From assembly GCA_000182565.2 (NCBI GenBank), contig KQ257451.1: a stretch of 64,000 nt of DNA; one strand, written 5' to 3'. Below the pieces are notes generated by a model that saw nothing but the letters and a program-made list of their open reading frames with translations, was not told the origin of the DNA and searched no databases. Positions 11,501-22,620 of the stretch are shown one piece after another; the stretch's first letter is position 1; each line of letters begins with the position of its first letter. Made by a program: the position numbers and the translations under genes. Source of the stretch: Spizellomyces punctatus DAOM BR117 (lineage: Eukaryota).

Positions 11501-14127
11501 AGAATTGCTTGAGAGACTTCAAGAGCCTTCTCTAGCTCGCCACGTCCAAGTAGGCGAGCGACTAACACATCCGGCTCTCCATTGTCTGGATACCATCCAG
11601 CTTTTAGGCATTCGAGGCAGTAGATGCGAGCTTTCGTAATTTGGTCTTTCCCCAGAAGAGCCCTCAACGTCAGGGACCTAGTGGTCGCATTTTCTGTGAT
11701 ACGACCTTCTATCATATCGTCTTTAAGCTGCAAAACTTGGTCCCATTTCTCGAGCGCTGCGTAGCTATTCATGACAAGTCCATACGCATGCGCATCAGGT
11801 CTGATCGCAGCGCGCATCTCGTGCAGCACCGCCTTCGCTCGCTCTGCACCGCCCTCACTAGCTGTAGCTGCTTCTGCTTCGATCCTGTCAATAAATGGTT
11901 TTCGGAGCAGCTTAAGCTGGTGGTGATACATGGCATCAATACCACATCGATCACTTTCATGCACGTCGGCTGCAGTGTCGAGAACAGCCTTTACCCGTAC
12001 AACAGTACCCTCGAGGTGGACTGGATAAAGTGCATTCTTCTTGATGAACTCCTCGGTGCGCCTAGCTAGGTTGTTCCTGATATCACTAAATGTCTTGGCA
12101 GCCAGACGTACACGACGAGGATATTTATGGCCTTCTCTCTTCTTGAGGCCCATCCCTCCAGTCGCCTCGTAAAGATCAACAATGTCATCAACTTTGTCCT
12201 GTGCCAAAAAGCCATCAACTATCCTATCGTACAGCTCCACGTCAATGGGTGCTTCTTGCATTAGTTCCTGCACCGTTCTCTTTGCAAGATCCAGCTCTCC
12301 GGCATCCACACACGTACGAATCAGGTGATTACAGGTTTCTCCATCAACCGAGCGACCAATTTCAAGCAGTTGTTTCATAATAGCGAACGTTTCGGAACGG
12401 TACCCCTGCGCCAGGAGAGCTGTTAAGAAGTTTTGGAGTTCGGATTTGCCGATATGTATCCCGTCTCCAACGACAGACGCGTGAATTGACAGAGCGTTCT
12501 GAACGCGACCGGCGTTCACCAAATGGGGTAGCAGCCGAATCTGCACGGCAAGGGGAACCTCCATACCAGATGCTAGAAGGCTGTCAACGACCTCGACTGC
12601 AATTTTTGCCTGGCCCTGCTCTATGGAGTGTCGTATAAAAAGTTCTGCTATTTGAAGAGGTAACGTTCGATCGTTAATCATCTGACGGACATGCTGTTCG
12701 GCACTCAATATGTCGCCATCATTGATATATGCTTGAATGACCCGTTTAGAGGTGGCCATGTTCAGGGAATATCCGGCATCCTGTAAGTTGTGCAACAATA
12801 ACTTGAGCAGTGGAAGATCTTGCTGATGCGCCGCCCATGTAATCAGTTCATTATAGGTAGTTTCAGTCAATTGCCGTGAATCCCGCAGGTCTTGGCAGAA
12901 ACGAAGGATTGCGGCTGAATCATTGCGGGCCATGCTGGAGCCTGTTAATATCGCGTACGTGTACGCGTCGCCTGTAACGCCCACGATTTGCATGTCCGCA
13001 TAAAGGGATTTCAGTTTCTCGTACGCATCGTCGTCCGTCTGATCCCGGAGATATGTAAGGAGATTATTGAAAGTTTCGACATTCGGAATGACGGCCATGT
13101 CTTTCATATCTCCATAGATTCTTAGAGCAGTCTGTCCTTTTCGCTGCTTCAGACATCTGTCAATAACGAGTCCATAACTTCGTGCATCTAAGCGCATTTG
13201 CAGCATTTTGGACTTGTCCAAAACCTGAATCGCATCATCCAGGCGTTCCAACCTGGCAAGTCCTTCAATGAGCATATCCACCTCTGCGCCGGTATCTATC
13301 TTCGTATCGGTCTGTATCAGCCTGTTGTACATATCGAAAGCGCGTTGAAAAGCGGGCTTTGCGATGTAAGGTCCACCTTGAGTACTCTTACGGATAAATG
13401 TCTTGAATGCTCTGAGCAGTATGGGTGTATCCAGCTGGATGCCTAGTTGTTCTGCCTCCTCGTAGATGCTTTGCGTAATAAACCAATCTTCCGCAACGAG
13501 GGCCGTCATCATAGATAAACTCATGAGCTCCGTATCCGGTACTGGGCCAGACCCGCCATCACTGATCCCAGCCGCATACTCCGTCATATTGGCTGGTACT
13601 GCAATTTGTGATCGGCGGGCCCTTTGGATCATCCTTTTAAGAATGCTTTGGGCAGTAGCCGCATCCTTGTTCTTTAAGCAGCATCGAACTACGTAGATAT
13701 AAGATCCCAACGAAGGTGGACATCCAGCAACCGCCATGTTCCGTAGCGTCTGCAAGCTGCGATCCAGATCTGCAGCGTCAACGTAACACTTGAGTAGCCA
13801 ATTATATTGGTATCTTGTCGGTGGAATGCCCAGAAATTCCATGTCGCTCAGAAGCGATTCCACGTCATTTGAGGAAAGGTGCCGAATGTGATGGCTTCTC
13901 AAAAGATTCGAGAGCTCTTGAAAGTCGTCGTTGTTCAACGAGCGGAAGGCGGAGGAAGAACGGTCCGCGCGAAGTACTGTATATAACTCCCATGCCTGAA
14001 CAGCAGCTTTCGCCTCAAGATTGGAACGAAACGCTACTATAAGTTCGGTTCCTACCGCAGTCGGCACTTCTGCTGACGAAATGGTCTTCTCTCCACCCGT
14101 TACCTTACAGAGCGAATATATGAGCAT
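8575..14127 (-). CDS. Very large pentatricopeptide-repeat (PPR) protein; extra 5' exon(s) up to about 14400 likely
   Basis: 1850-aa uninterrupted ORF with many roughly 35-aa PPR motifs (PTRYQYNWLLKCY, PNVETFNNLL, PDAHAYGLVMNSY, PTIVQYNHIMEGWGQMG, PDRNTWFGLCWAY). Confidence 0.88.
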   Translation of the reverse strand: MLIYSLCKVTGGEKTISSAEVPTAVGTELIVAFRSNLEAKAAVQAWELYTVLRADRSSSAFRSLNNDDFQELSNLLRSHHIRHLSSNDVESLLSDMEFLGIPPTRYQYNWLLKCYVDAADLDRSLQTLRNMAVAGCPPSLGSYIYVVRCCLKNKDAATAQSILKRMIQRARRSQIAVPANMTEYAAGISDGGSGPVPDTELMSLSMMTALVAEDWFITQSIYEEAEQLGIQLDTPILLRAFKTFIRKSTQGGPYIAKPAFQRAFDMYNRLIQTDTKIDTGAEVDMLIEGLARLERLDDAIQVLDKSKMLQMRLDARSYGLVIDRCLKQRKGQTALRIYGDMKDMAVIPNVETFNNLLTYLRDQTDDDAYEKLKSLYADMQIVGVTGDAYTYAILTGSSMARNDSAAILRFCQDLRDSRQLTETTYNELITWAAHQQDLPLLKLLLHNLQDAGYSLNMATSKRVIQAYINDGDILSAEQHVRQMINDRTLPLQIAELFIRHSIEQGQAKIAVEVVDSLLASGMEVPLAVQIRLLPHLVNAGRVQNALSIHASVVGDGIHIGKSELQNFLTALLAQGYRSETFAIMKQLLEIGRSVDGETCNHLIRTCVDAGELDLAKRTVQELMQEAPIDVELYDRIVDGFLAQDKVDDIVDLYEATGGMGLKKREGHKYPRRVRLAAKTFSDIRNNLARRTEEFIKKNALYPVHLEGTVVRVKAVLDTAADVHESDRCGIDAMYHHQLKLLRKPFIDRIEAEAATASEGGAERAKAVLHEMRAAIRPDAHAYGLVMNSYAALEKWDQVLQLKDDMIEGRITENATTRSLTLRALLGKDQITKARIYCLECLKAGWYPDNGEPDVLVARLLGRGELEKALEVSQAILDTSGRTAKMYDRTIYLKNSLGDIEGALGTFEQMKRWREEEVSQDAREFCTLHGSTVTALMHACLLEQRTSAIHELLTEISGHVTAFDQRFYLNLAMRMYRAHRPALSALLLRHSVAASHDLSVPAYTMIMTALERERDCLTAWKLYKFAFVEWRCLNDPQLERWSLDVIERLCMSSRDKDVPSIRRELSAWKNGDPPISKALSFENLEHDDVDRSIRSIEFNFKDGEPKTIFEKHAKDLLPGQLERDDGTAFVEQPDVADTTAALITALENKKYEEAGSIFCKLENASESIPPFLLWKLALGVLNRPELKGGRDLLKKVLKAMMKSPSGLPCLQSQVKTLALKSHHVTIARIAWILEMIGEVKLADDLLSMAITRVSEDKDVRNAVKMTRILVAAGRPVPPALTDIFIRAVVQDLSDQKFEVIMRRVINAGIPFDEDMFCRLVEIYVMEEGNALEVTELERALEQLRRTGIKCGSLSLQTLLKVCHRALDVAGAQKAWARWVKEGVVPESLCYQLLFDLLVRTDDIAGATNMRKIMNSMGIPPRPEYLREYFEKYLNDDHMTLETAIQVVKDVIADWEKADKPMPPPVSLRTVGNILKKAAIAKDHGGIRVAYDLVFELGYRRERLRPFLLDMVANFKSEGNLDAAGQLYRSVGPTRKLVWDTKVHEILLKYWSELGEFRKMEEVYLAIKEANKLPVLQPETFDEIIQRHARRGTPRDLQVARRFFNDLTQELERLPSRKALETLVEEHARSWDQDSAEMYIGVMKTTKILPTIVQYNHIMEGWGQMGRTDRAERWMDQIQHDGLNPDRNTWFGLCWAYVMAKDLPGAEKVLMRTKQHGFEIVERDLLTKLGERAQTLDVPGAKSVWEELVLPLKANDTQVPDIGDTRFGRKPRKTLLIGTGGDMYPRRSLDKEHPRLERRPWMKSLTGTDPEGETGLLPPDRLLGKESRAHEAGLVPPKQRIPKKLRHPRGNK

Positions 14128-14622
14128 TGTTTTCAGCCTTTGGCGGCCAAGGACAAATCCAAGATATCAGTTACCAATGATCTATTTATCACAGTGGAAT
14201 TCTTCTTCAGTCCAACTCCAAAAACAACTGTCACTCGCGGAATGTTACAAATCGGCGTATTTGACAGTCGGAGAAAGTGGGCGTTTGGTGCAAGCCCTAT
14301 AGTACCGATTGATCTGCAGACTATGGGTGCACATATCTTCGGCCGAAATGTAATGAAGAACATTTACGGGGCATCGGCAATAGAATTGCCAGCTTTTCTG
14401 GTGATCTGGGACGAAGACGATTCAAGCAGGATGAAGAAATGCACATGAAGATTGGTGCCTTGATTCAAACCGGATAGTATGTTGGATGCGAGAATGCAGA
14501 TATCAGAAAATGTGCATTGAAAAAACAAACGCAAAAACAAAGAGGTCGCACCCGGGCTAGCTACTCTTCCCTTCTAAGCCCCAGTACTCGATCTACTACT
14601 AGGTACAAAAAATCATATATGT

Positions 14623-17600
14623 TCATACATAACCTTTCTCCACCAAAACCTTTCGCTTCTCCGGGCTAAGGCTATTCCATAATTGTCCCCGCACATCCTC
14701 GCCGCAGTTCGCTACAAGTTGTCGCAATATGCCAACAACCTGCGATACCAGATCTGGCTGCTCAGACAGCAGATCAGGTGATGCAAGGGCTTCTGCCAAT
14801 ATGAGAGATATCTTTGGAAGCTTGCTATTGTCAGCGCCGAGAACTGCCGGGTGATTCCTACAGACAAGAAGGTGAGTACTTCGACGGGATACAATGCTCA
14901 ATTTGACTTAATACGCACTGTTGCAGCAGTTCCAGTAGGTATGCATATGTATGTGGTGCTTCATCAGAATCCTCGGTGATGGGAAGAGCATCAACCCAGG
15001 CAGACAATATCTGATTTAAGTCAAATGCTCCACTCTGTCCTAGGAAATGGCAAATCTTTCCAATAGCCGATATGCCGTTCTCCGTGGCCAGAATGTTCTC
15101 TTCCGATCGAGCAACTGGGGCGTTGATCATTGCAAACAAATTTGGAAGTGCAGCGGCACATGCTTGTACATAGGCCGGGCCTCCAAATTGGCCAGCAACG
15201 CCGACCCCGTAGGCAGCAGCCTGACGAACCTCAGCCGACTGATCAACCAAGGCATGCACAATCGGCTCCCAAAACTGAGCTTGGTATCTAACTGATTCTG
15301 GACCTCCAAATTCAATAACATCATCGAACACGCAGATGGCCCATTGACGTGCAGGGGGTTGTGAACTTGTCTGCAAAAACTCATCTAGGTTACCAGGTTC
15401 AAGAGTACTAGATATATGCAGAATTGACTTACTATGAACCGGTGGACGTACGGAGCTAACCGGTCAAATTGCGGAATGAAGCTCTCACGATGCTGCTTCA
15501 AGAATTGATGCAATGCGGTGGACAGTTCCGCTAGGAAGATATCGTCATTTTCCTCCTCGTTCTGAAGAACTTCTTCATCCTCGGCGTCATGATCGACATC
15601 GCTTCGCGAGGCTGAATGGATCGAAAATATGGTTAGATATAGTCCCTCATTTTCATGACGTGGTTTGACCGGACAGTTGTTTGCATCAGGTCAAGTGTAG
15701 GTTATACTCCGCACACTGAGGGGAGGAGATTCCCCTTGACGGTGGCCTCCATCAACCCCAAGTTGGACACATTTCGTCATCATGTGCATTCTGCTACCGA
15801 ATCTCCGCCATATCAGCTTACCTTCTCTTTCAGTTATTCTGTTGAAGTAATCGTCAAGTTGAGAAACCGTAGCAGTTACGAAATCTTCCCGGAGATTTGA
15901 TGGGGTGCTATTTGGACCCAGAACGTCCAAACACTAGAAATTTTATCCAGTAAATTTGTGAATTGCCAGGTCATTGACAGAGATATAAGTACCTCTTGCA
16001 TTGTTGTGTACAGTTGTGCAAGAAAAGTGGGATCCATTTCGTCTTTCGACGTCTCGATAATCTTTGCGCACACTTCATGCCATGCGGCATAAATATCAAA
16101 GTCCTCACGTGCTGATATGTAAGAGGACAATTAGACGTCATAATGAAAATGTCGCTAACTAACGCGCACTTACGACATTGAGCTTTGACAATAGAGGCAA
16201 ACAATAGTGGGATAGTCGCCGCAGCAGCATGTCTCACGCCTTCATGGAAGTAGAACTTGAGCAGAGGAACAACAATCGCCATAACCTCCTTCACGTAAGG
16301 TGCAAAACCAGCACCCAGTTCCCTCGCGTAACAGATCAACATTTCCACGGCCGTGCATTTTTCCTCCAATACCGTGGTCCGTATACCGATTCGTTGTCCG
16401 TCAATGACGAGCATCTCCCAGTCTTCATCATACTTTTCCTTCAACGTCTCCTCATCCTCATCGGCGTCAATCAGGGCAAAGTCGGGCTTGAGCTGAGCAC
16501 TGCGCAAAAGGGGGGGCAGTACGTATGGAAGATACGGGACAAAATCCGCTTCGAGCACCTTGCAGATACGTGCCCACGCTGAGAGAAGGTAGGAGCTTTG
16601 CGGATCATCAGCATCAGTGATTGATTCCTGGCTCTGTCGTAACAATTCTATGAGTTCCGCCGCATTTTGAGCAAAGACCTCTTTGCCTACAGCCAAGGCA
16701 ATTAAACTAGCGCACTCCATTGCTTTTCCACGCAAAAGCCTGAACTCTTTCTGGGTCGCCTGGCGAAGAACATTGAGGAGCAAAGGCATTATGGCGGAGT
16801 AGTATTTGACAAAGTCGTCCCCTGCACTGTCAGCTACAGTAGCGATTGTGGTAATGGCCTGTTCTTGAACGTAAGTCTTCCCCGTGTTCAACAGAACCAA
16901 AAGCTTTTCAAATATTGCAGGAAGATAGGGAGCAATGCCTTCCTTCTTCACCTCTTGGGCGAAATTGACAAGAGCGGCTGCTGCGTGCGCTTGAACCCTA
17001 CGCAAGACGTTCAGCAAGAAATTGAGTACAATTCAAGATTATCATACTACGCACCTTGGGAAATCTCTGTAATCCAAGACGGGAACTAGGTTCTGCAAAA
17101 TCACATCAGCAAACCTATTCTGTAAAACAGGCTGCGAACCGAAGTGAAGCAGTAAGTTTTCTGCGGATCAAGCACGGAGACCATAGGTCACTTACAGCGA
17201 AGTCAGTGCTCATTTGCCCGATTGCATTGCATGTAGCCCATTGGACACGAGGATGAGGATCGCGGAAATGGGGCACAATGACATCCAAGATGCGAGCCAG
17301 CTCAGCTTCCATGATTTTGGCGCATCCCTCAGCAATGGCAGATATTGTCATCAGCGCCCCATGCCTTTTACGCCAATCCTCGGCCGCTAACATCGTCGGT
17401 ATATATGAGAAAGTGACTGGCAAAACAGCCTTCCCACCAAGAGCTCGTGCCAGACGGTCCAATGCTTCTCCTGCAATGATATCGTCAGACTCACAATCCT
17501 CATCCTCAATATCGTCCGTCGTGAACCACTTCTCTTCGTCCTCCAAATTTCCCATCCATTCAAGTAAGATCGGGATCAGCGACTGGCAGAAACCGGCATG

Positions 17601-18799
17601 TTTCCGCATCATTGCGGGAGCAGATTCGGCCAATGTCATCAACAATTCCAACGCCGTTTGGCGCTGCGAAATGTCAATTTCTTCATTTTTCATAACTTGT
17701 GTAGTAAACTGAACCAGATGAGGCACCACAGCGCGCATGGATTTAGGATGGACGTCCGCCAATTCGATAATGTAACCAAGTGCTTTCTCAAGCTCGTCGT
17801 CTTGGTCAACAAGAGCCGGCAAGACCTAAGAAAAAACATTAAGCACACTGAGTGCATCATAATGCATGGATAAAAGACTTACATCCAACATCCGTGGCAC
17901 AAAGTCATTGAACGCAGCTAGATTGGCACCTTCAAGCACAATCATATACTGCACACAGGCATTCAACGCCTCCAATCGAACCTAGTACATTTCCAAATAT
18001 TACATTTATACAACCGAGTGCATTTGTCCAGTGACGGTGAACTAACCTCGACCGCTGTGTCTTGCAAGGCGGCACCAAATGAGCGTTTCATGGATGCAAC
18101 ATCAGTGTCAGAGATGAGCCGGGGTACTTGGGCTACAATCTGGAAGGCACTGACGCGATGGTCTGCGGCCGGCGATCTTGCGCAGTCAAAAATTGTGTGT
18201 AAAAGGTCCATCCATGTACCTGAGAAGAATTTGCTTCAGAACAATGCCTGAACGTCTAATATCATCACGACCGGCCATACTTACTTCCTTTCTCAAGCAT
18301 ATGCCTTGCCAATTCAGCTACTGTATCCGCCACCTTTCTTCGTACAACAGATTGCTGCTCTCCCTTCAAAGACTCCAGCAATTCGGTCTGAATGTACGTG
18401 CGCGGCCCCTCTCCGATCCAAACGTAATAGGTGACATTCTGATTCTTTGGGGCGTTTGCAGCCTGCTTAAGCGCAAGTCGGCGAAGCAGGATGGCAGAGA
18501 AAGATCGCAACTGCAACGTCAAACCATAATGATTAATGCCGACGTACGCACAGCCAACCATTCGGCTCAACTCGCCCACAGCCCTACTTGGAGATACATA
18601 CATGCAAATCCGGATGCTGACGTGTCATGTGCGCTAATGCGGACAAAAGAATATCTGGCTGGTTCCCAAGCTGAGTGTTGAGTTGCTCTTCCGCCGCAGA
18701 ACGCACAACATTGTCAGCACTGGCAAGCTGGGAAAGAACTTGCGCTAGCTGAGTCAGTGCCTCAGGAGTGAGGGCCTCCGCAACAATTGTTTGCGCCAT
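14623..18799 (-). CDS. IPO5: Importin-5 / karyopherin beta-3 (Pse1/Kap121 family), multi-exon
   Basis: DNVVRSAAEEQL, RSFSAILLRRL, ALDRLARALGGK, HPRVQWATCNAIGQMSTDF, RVQAHAAAALVNF, LLRGKAMECASLIALAVGK, LEEKCTA, FYFHEGVR and ATENGISAIGKI occur across about 9 exons. Confidence 0.95.
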
Positions 18800-19093
18800 T
18801 GTAAGACTAGGAGCTACAACCACGACGGCATTAGCTTGGGCAGGGATTTGGAACCTCTATTACCATTATTCGATAACCACATACCTGGTGTACGAAGCAC
18901 AAATGTGAGCTATCGTGCGAACCTACTCGCAGTTCTGGGAAATAAGCGTGTGGACCGTTTTCTTCAGACGTGTGAATCGCGTTGGTCCATCCAAAAAAGA
19001 AACAAATTGCACTTCCATTTACGGTCATATTACAATCGAGTGCGCAGCCATTACAAACAAAGACCCTGTCTTATTATTTACGGACACTCTCCA

Positions 19094-20966
19094 TCAGGAC
19101 TTTGCCTTTCGTTCCTCCAATTTGTCCTGAAAAGCTTGGATTTAATTTTTCACCAAAATGACTCTCGTTGAACTCAGTTACCGTACCGCAAAATATTGTC
19201 GAATATCGTCAGCTGTCACCGTTTGCTTGGACTCTGCAAAAGTCTTCAGGTAATTCTTCAGATCCTCCTTCATTTTCTGATAGGCCAATACACCTGGATG
19301 GAAAGGTTCAGCCTACATCTTACTGTGTTCTCGGCCGAAACCGTCATACCATTGATGGCCATTTCTCGATCCATGCTGTTGAGTCTTTTCAATCCCATAT
19401 CGTGGATGGACTCATCTAGCGGAGGTAGTACGTAAACGGCTGTAATCATTTCTCATGTTGTCTATGATTTGAGTAGGCAGACCTGCATCTAAATCTTCTT
19501 CTGGTTCAAATGTTTCTTCCTCAAGTGTAATGAAGGACACATTTTCGTCGATGTAGATAGCTTGACACTAAACATTCAAAGTGTCGATTGACATCTGCTC
19601 AAGTCCGCCTACCCTGAAGAATCGTGCGGTTACCTGCTTGCATTGACACAACTCTTCACGCCAGCCCTCCTTGCAAAATAGGTCGGGTACAGACGCGTTT
19701 TGGACCGGTGGAACTTCCTTATCTAATGACCAATACAGTTGGAGGACCTTCCCGGCAGCGCTACGCTGGACCAGTAAACGCACCTGCAATTAGGCATAGA
19801 GTTTCCCCCGTGGCCTCTGCCTCTAGACGCAGTCTTTTGCTCGGAGCAACATGTTCATCGTCATCATGTCTCGGGCGTTTAGTCTGAATCGATGGATCGG
19901 TGACTTTCGTTTCCTCGTTTACTGATCCTTCCATGAAGAGAAACCTTGGGCAATCGAAATATTTCCGTATGAAAGGAAGTCTGCTAACACAATTGCGACA
20001 GATGTAATCGTATGAGGAATACACTTCATCATCCAAGTCCTGAAATAGTACGTTTCATTGACGTGCCAGATATTCAGTACCAACCAACTATTTATTCACA
20101 TACCTTTCCGATGCATCGATCGTGCATCTGAAATCGTGCAACATATGAGCCTTCATATGAATCTCGGAATTTGGCGTACTACATGACGTACCCAATCTGA
20201 GAAAAGACGGTTATCAAATGGCATTTTGCATCAATCCATCAGAAGCCTCACCTTCACATATAATACATTGGTACATGGTTCCCTCTTCCGTCTCCGGGTC
20301 GTAAGGAGTATTGCAGTAGCAGAACTCTCCGGCAAAATTGTGATTGTATGTGTTCTCAACGTTATTTGCCCCGTCTTTCTTCTGCAAAGAGCATTTTCCT
20401 AAATTTCGAGACGATTAGTGAAAGGTTTGACGTTAGAAATTGAGTAGGTTCCTGAATACCTGGCATTGCCGCGGTTCCGCAATCACATCGAAAATGTCTT
20501 TTATAAAAGAGTTCGACAACTTCATGCGTTGTATGACACTATGCCGGAAAATACGCCGCATATTAACAAGAGGAAAACATCTTAATGTTTACACGAAAGG
20601 GTAGTAACCTACAGAGACACTGATCAGACAAGTAAGCTTAAAACGATGTGCTTCATTGTGCCGCATTTGAACTCCAAGAACAGGACTTACAAGCATCCAT
20701 AGCATACACCAGCTGCACGGTCACCGGACGCTTGGCATGTTTTGCAAGCATACACTTTTTGCCGCAAATATCCGTCGTTAAAGGAGCACCGATCTATTAC
20801 TCCCTGCAAATGAATTGAAAGCATGTGAGGGGCAATAGGAATTGAGTTCGACGGGGCCTTAACGCACCGGTAGAACCTCTGAAGCTTCAAGAACGAGCTG
20901 CTCCTGCTGTAACAGGTAGTCTACAGCGGTAATGGTATTGGTATCGTCACCCTTTGTTTCCGCCAT
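19094..20966 (-). CDS. UBR7: UBR7-family E3 ligase (UBR-box zinc finger + PHD), many short exons including microexons
   Basis: TAVDYLLQQEQL..ASEVLP, CSFNDGYLRQKVYACKTC..GVCYGC-FVS-CHTTHEVVELF..FRCDCG, NTYNHNFAGEFCYC, MYQCIICEDWMHDRC, YICRNC, GWREELCQC. The C-terminus LKNYLKTFAES..VTADDIRQYF ends at TGA 19094-19096. Confidence 0.92.
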
Positions 20967-21456
20967 GGGATTCTTGAAAATGTTGGCTGGCTCTGGGAGG
21001 AGTTCGCACTGCACCAGCACGACGCGACCGTTATACAACATTCAGTTTTTCAAGAAACGGTTGTGATTCCTCCTCAACCAGACTTTACACAATCGCTGTG
21101 ACAGCATGAACGGTTGATGACACAGACAATCGTATGTTTGTACTTTGGCGGCATTCTAATATACAGTATAATGCCCAAAAATGACAACTGAAAATGGCTA
21201 GAGTCCCTCAAGATTGCCACTTTGCCTGACCAATACACATTTGATATAGATTGCTGCTGTGTTTTCCCATAGGCTTGCTGCTGTGATCCTCGTTACTATA
21301 CTTGCAATACCACGGACAGGTGGTAAGAACATCTCAAATTACGGTGTGAGCTGCTTACTTGATCTCGTACGACCGACAACCCGGAAACGTGGTTCAACAA
21401 TTATTTTTCCAACAGCTGGCAGTTTTACAATTCACTCCAGATCTAACAATCACATA

Positions 21457-22334
21457 ATGGCAAAAAAACGATCTCGAACAGCAAAGGATGCAAAAGACGC
21501 AGCACCTCGAGACCTTGCACCGACCCAGGGCAGCGGAATTCAAAAGGACATGCCGCGCAAATACCGCAATCTACTAGCCGCAGAGAAATTCTCAAAGCGA
21601 GGGAAGAATGTTACTGGGAAAAATGGTGAATTACCTTGTCACTGACAAGTTTAAAAATCGATTGGTTCTTATTGTTTTATTCAGATAACCAGGTCAGATA
21701 TACGTTTGCGAACACCTTGACCCAATTTTATCTAATGCTTATGACAGTCAGAAGATCGCAGGCCAGGCGAATCCTTGGGCGACTACAGTAAACGTGTAGA
21801 TGACAAGGTTCGATCTCTCGTAAACACTGCAGTCAAATCTGTCAGCAAGACCCGACAAAAAAAGAAGGAATGGCTGGCGAAGCGAAAGGCAAAATCAACG
21901 TCAAAGCGAAAAGGGCAAGCCTCAGATGATGAGGACGACCGTCGATTGGGGAAGGATAATGTCAAATTCGGAACCGTTGCAATGCAGCCCCCTTCTATCA
22001 CTGCTGTCCCCAAGCAACGTGGCAATAATGTAAGCTTTTGTCAGTTAGTATATGCTGGCTGTCCCATATGTATCGTTGATGTTGTGTTTCTGTACCTTAG
22101 CAGGCCGCAGCGATTGCCGCACTACAAAGGCTCGAAAATGCAAGAGCAGAAAAGGAACAGGAATCACAGCCAAAGGACACTGAGGTGATAAATACTGTTG
22201 GAAGGAAACGAAAATTAAAAACCCTTCCAGAGGTGGAGCGAATAGCGATAACAAATGAGAGAGAGAGGGCCATTGCTCACTACCGAGCTATCAAGGGAAC
22301 GCTAACTGCGGAGAGACCCGAAGAGGAAGATTGA
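21457..22334 (+). CDS. CCDC137-like basic nucleolar coiled-coil protein, spliced
   Basis: Lys/Arg-rich; DMPRKYRNL, PGESLGDYSKRV and the DNVKFGTVAMQPPSIT motif; C-terminal ERERAIAHYRAIK-type end, TGA 22332-22334. Confidence 0.75.
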
Positions 22335-22620
22335 TTTGCACTTGTAAATAAGCAAGAACACCTGTATATAGTTTTCATAGAATAAGTTCACCGCACGATG
22401 GCAAGCATGATTCGGCATATGCTACAATGAAGGGGCAGTTGGGGGATTATGCCAGAGAAGCACAGCAGAACGAATCCAAAAAAAGTTCGAACAGTAGCGT
22501 ATACAAAACTATGAACAAAAATTAAATTCTACAAGAAACAAAAATAACCAAGTTCCCACTGTACGGGCCATATTGCATGCCGTTGCGTGAACTCCACCCC
22601 AGTTCTTCATCCCATCCCCG

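Noticed and set aside
14623-18799. Fragmented ORFs as frameshifted pseudogenes or recoding events
   Set aside because: The breaks examined here and in other genes are explained by canonical GT-AG introns.
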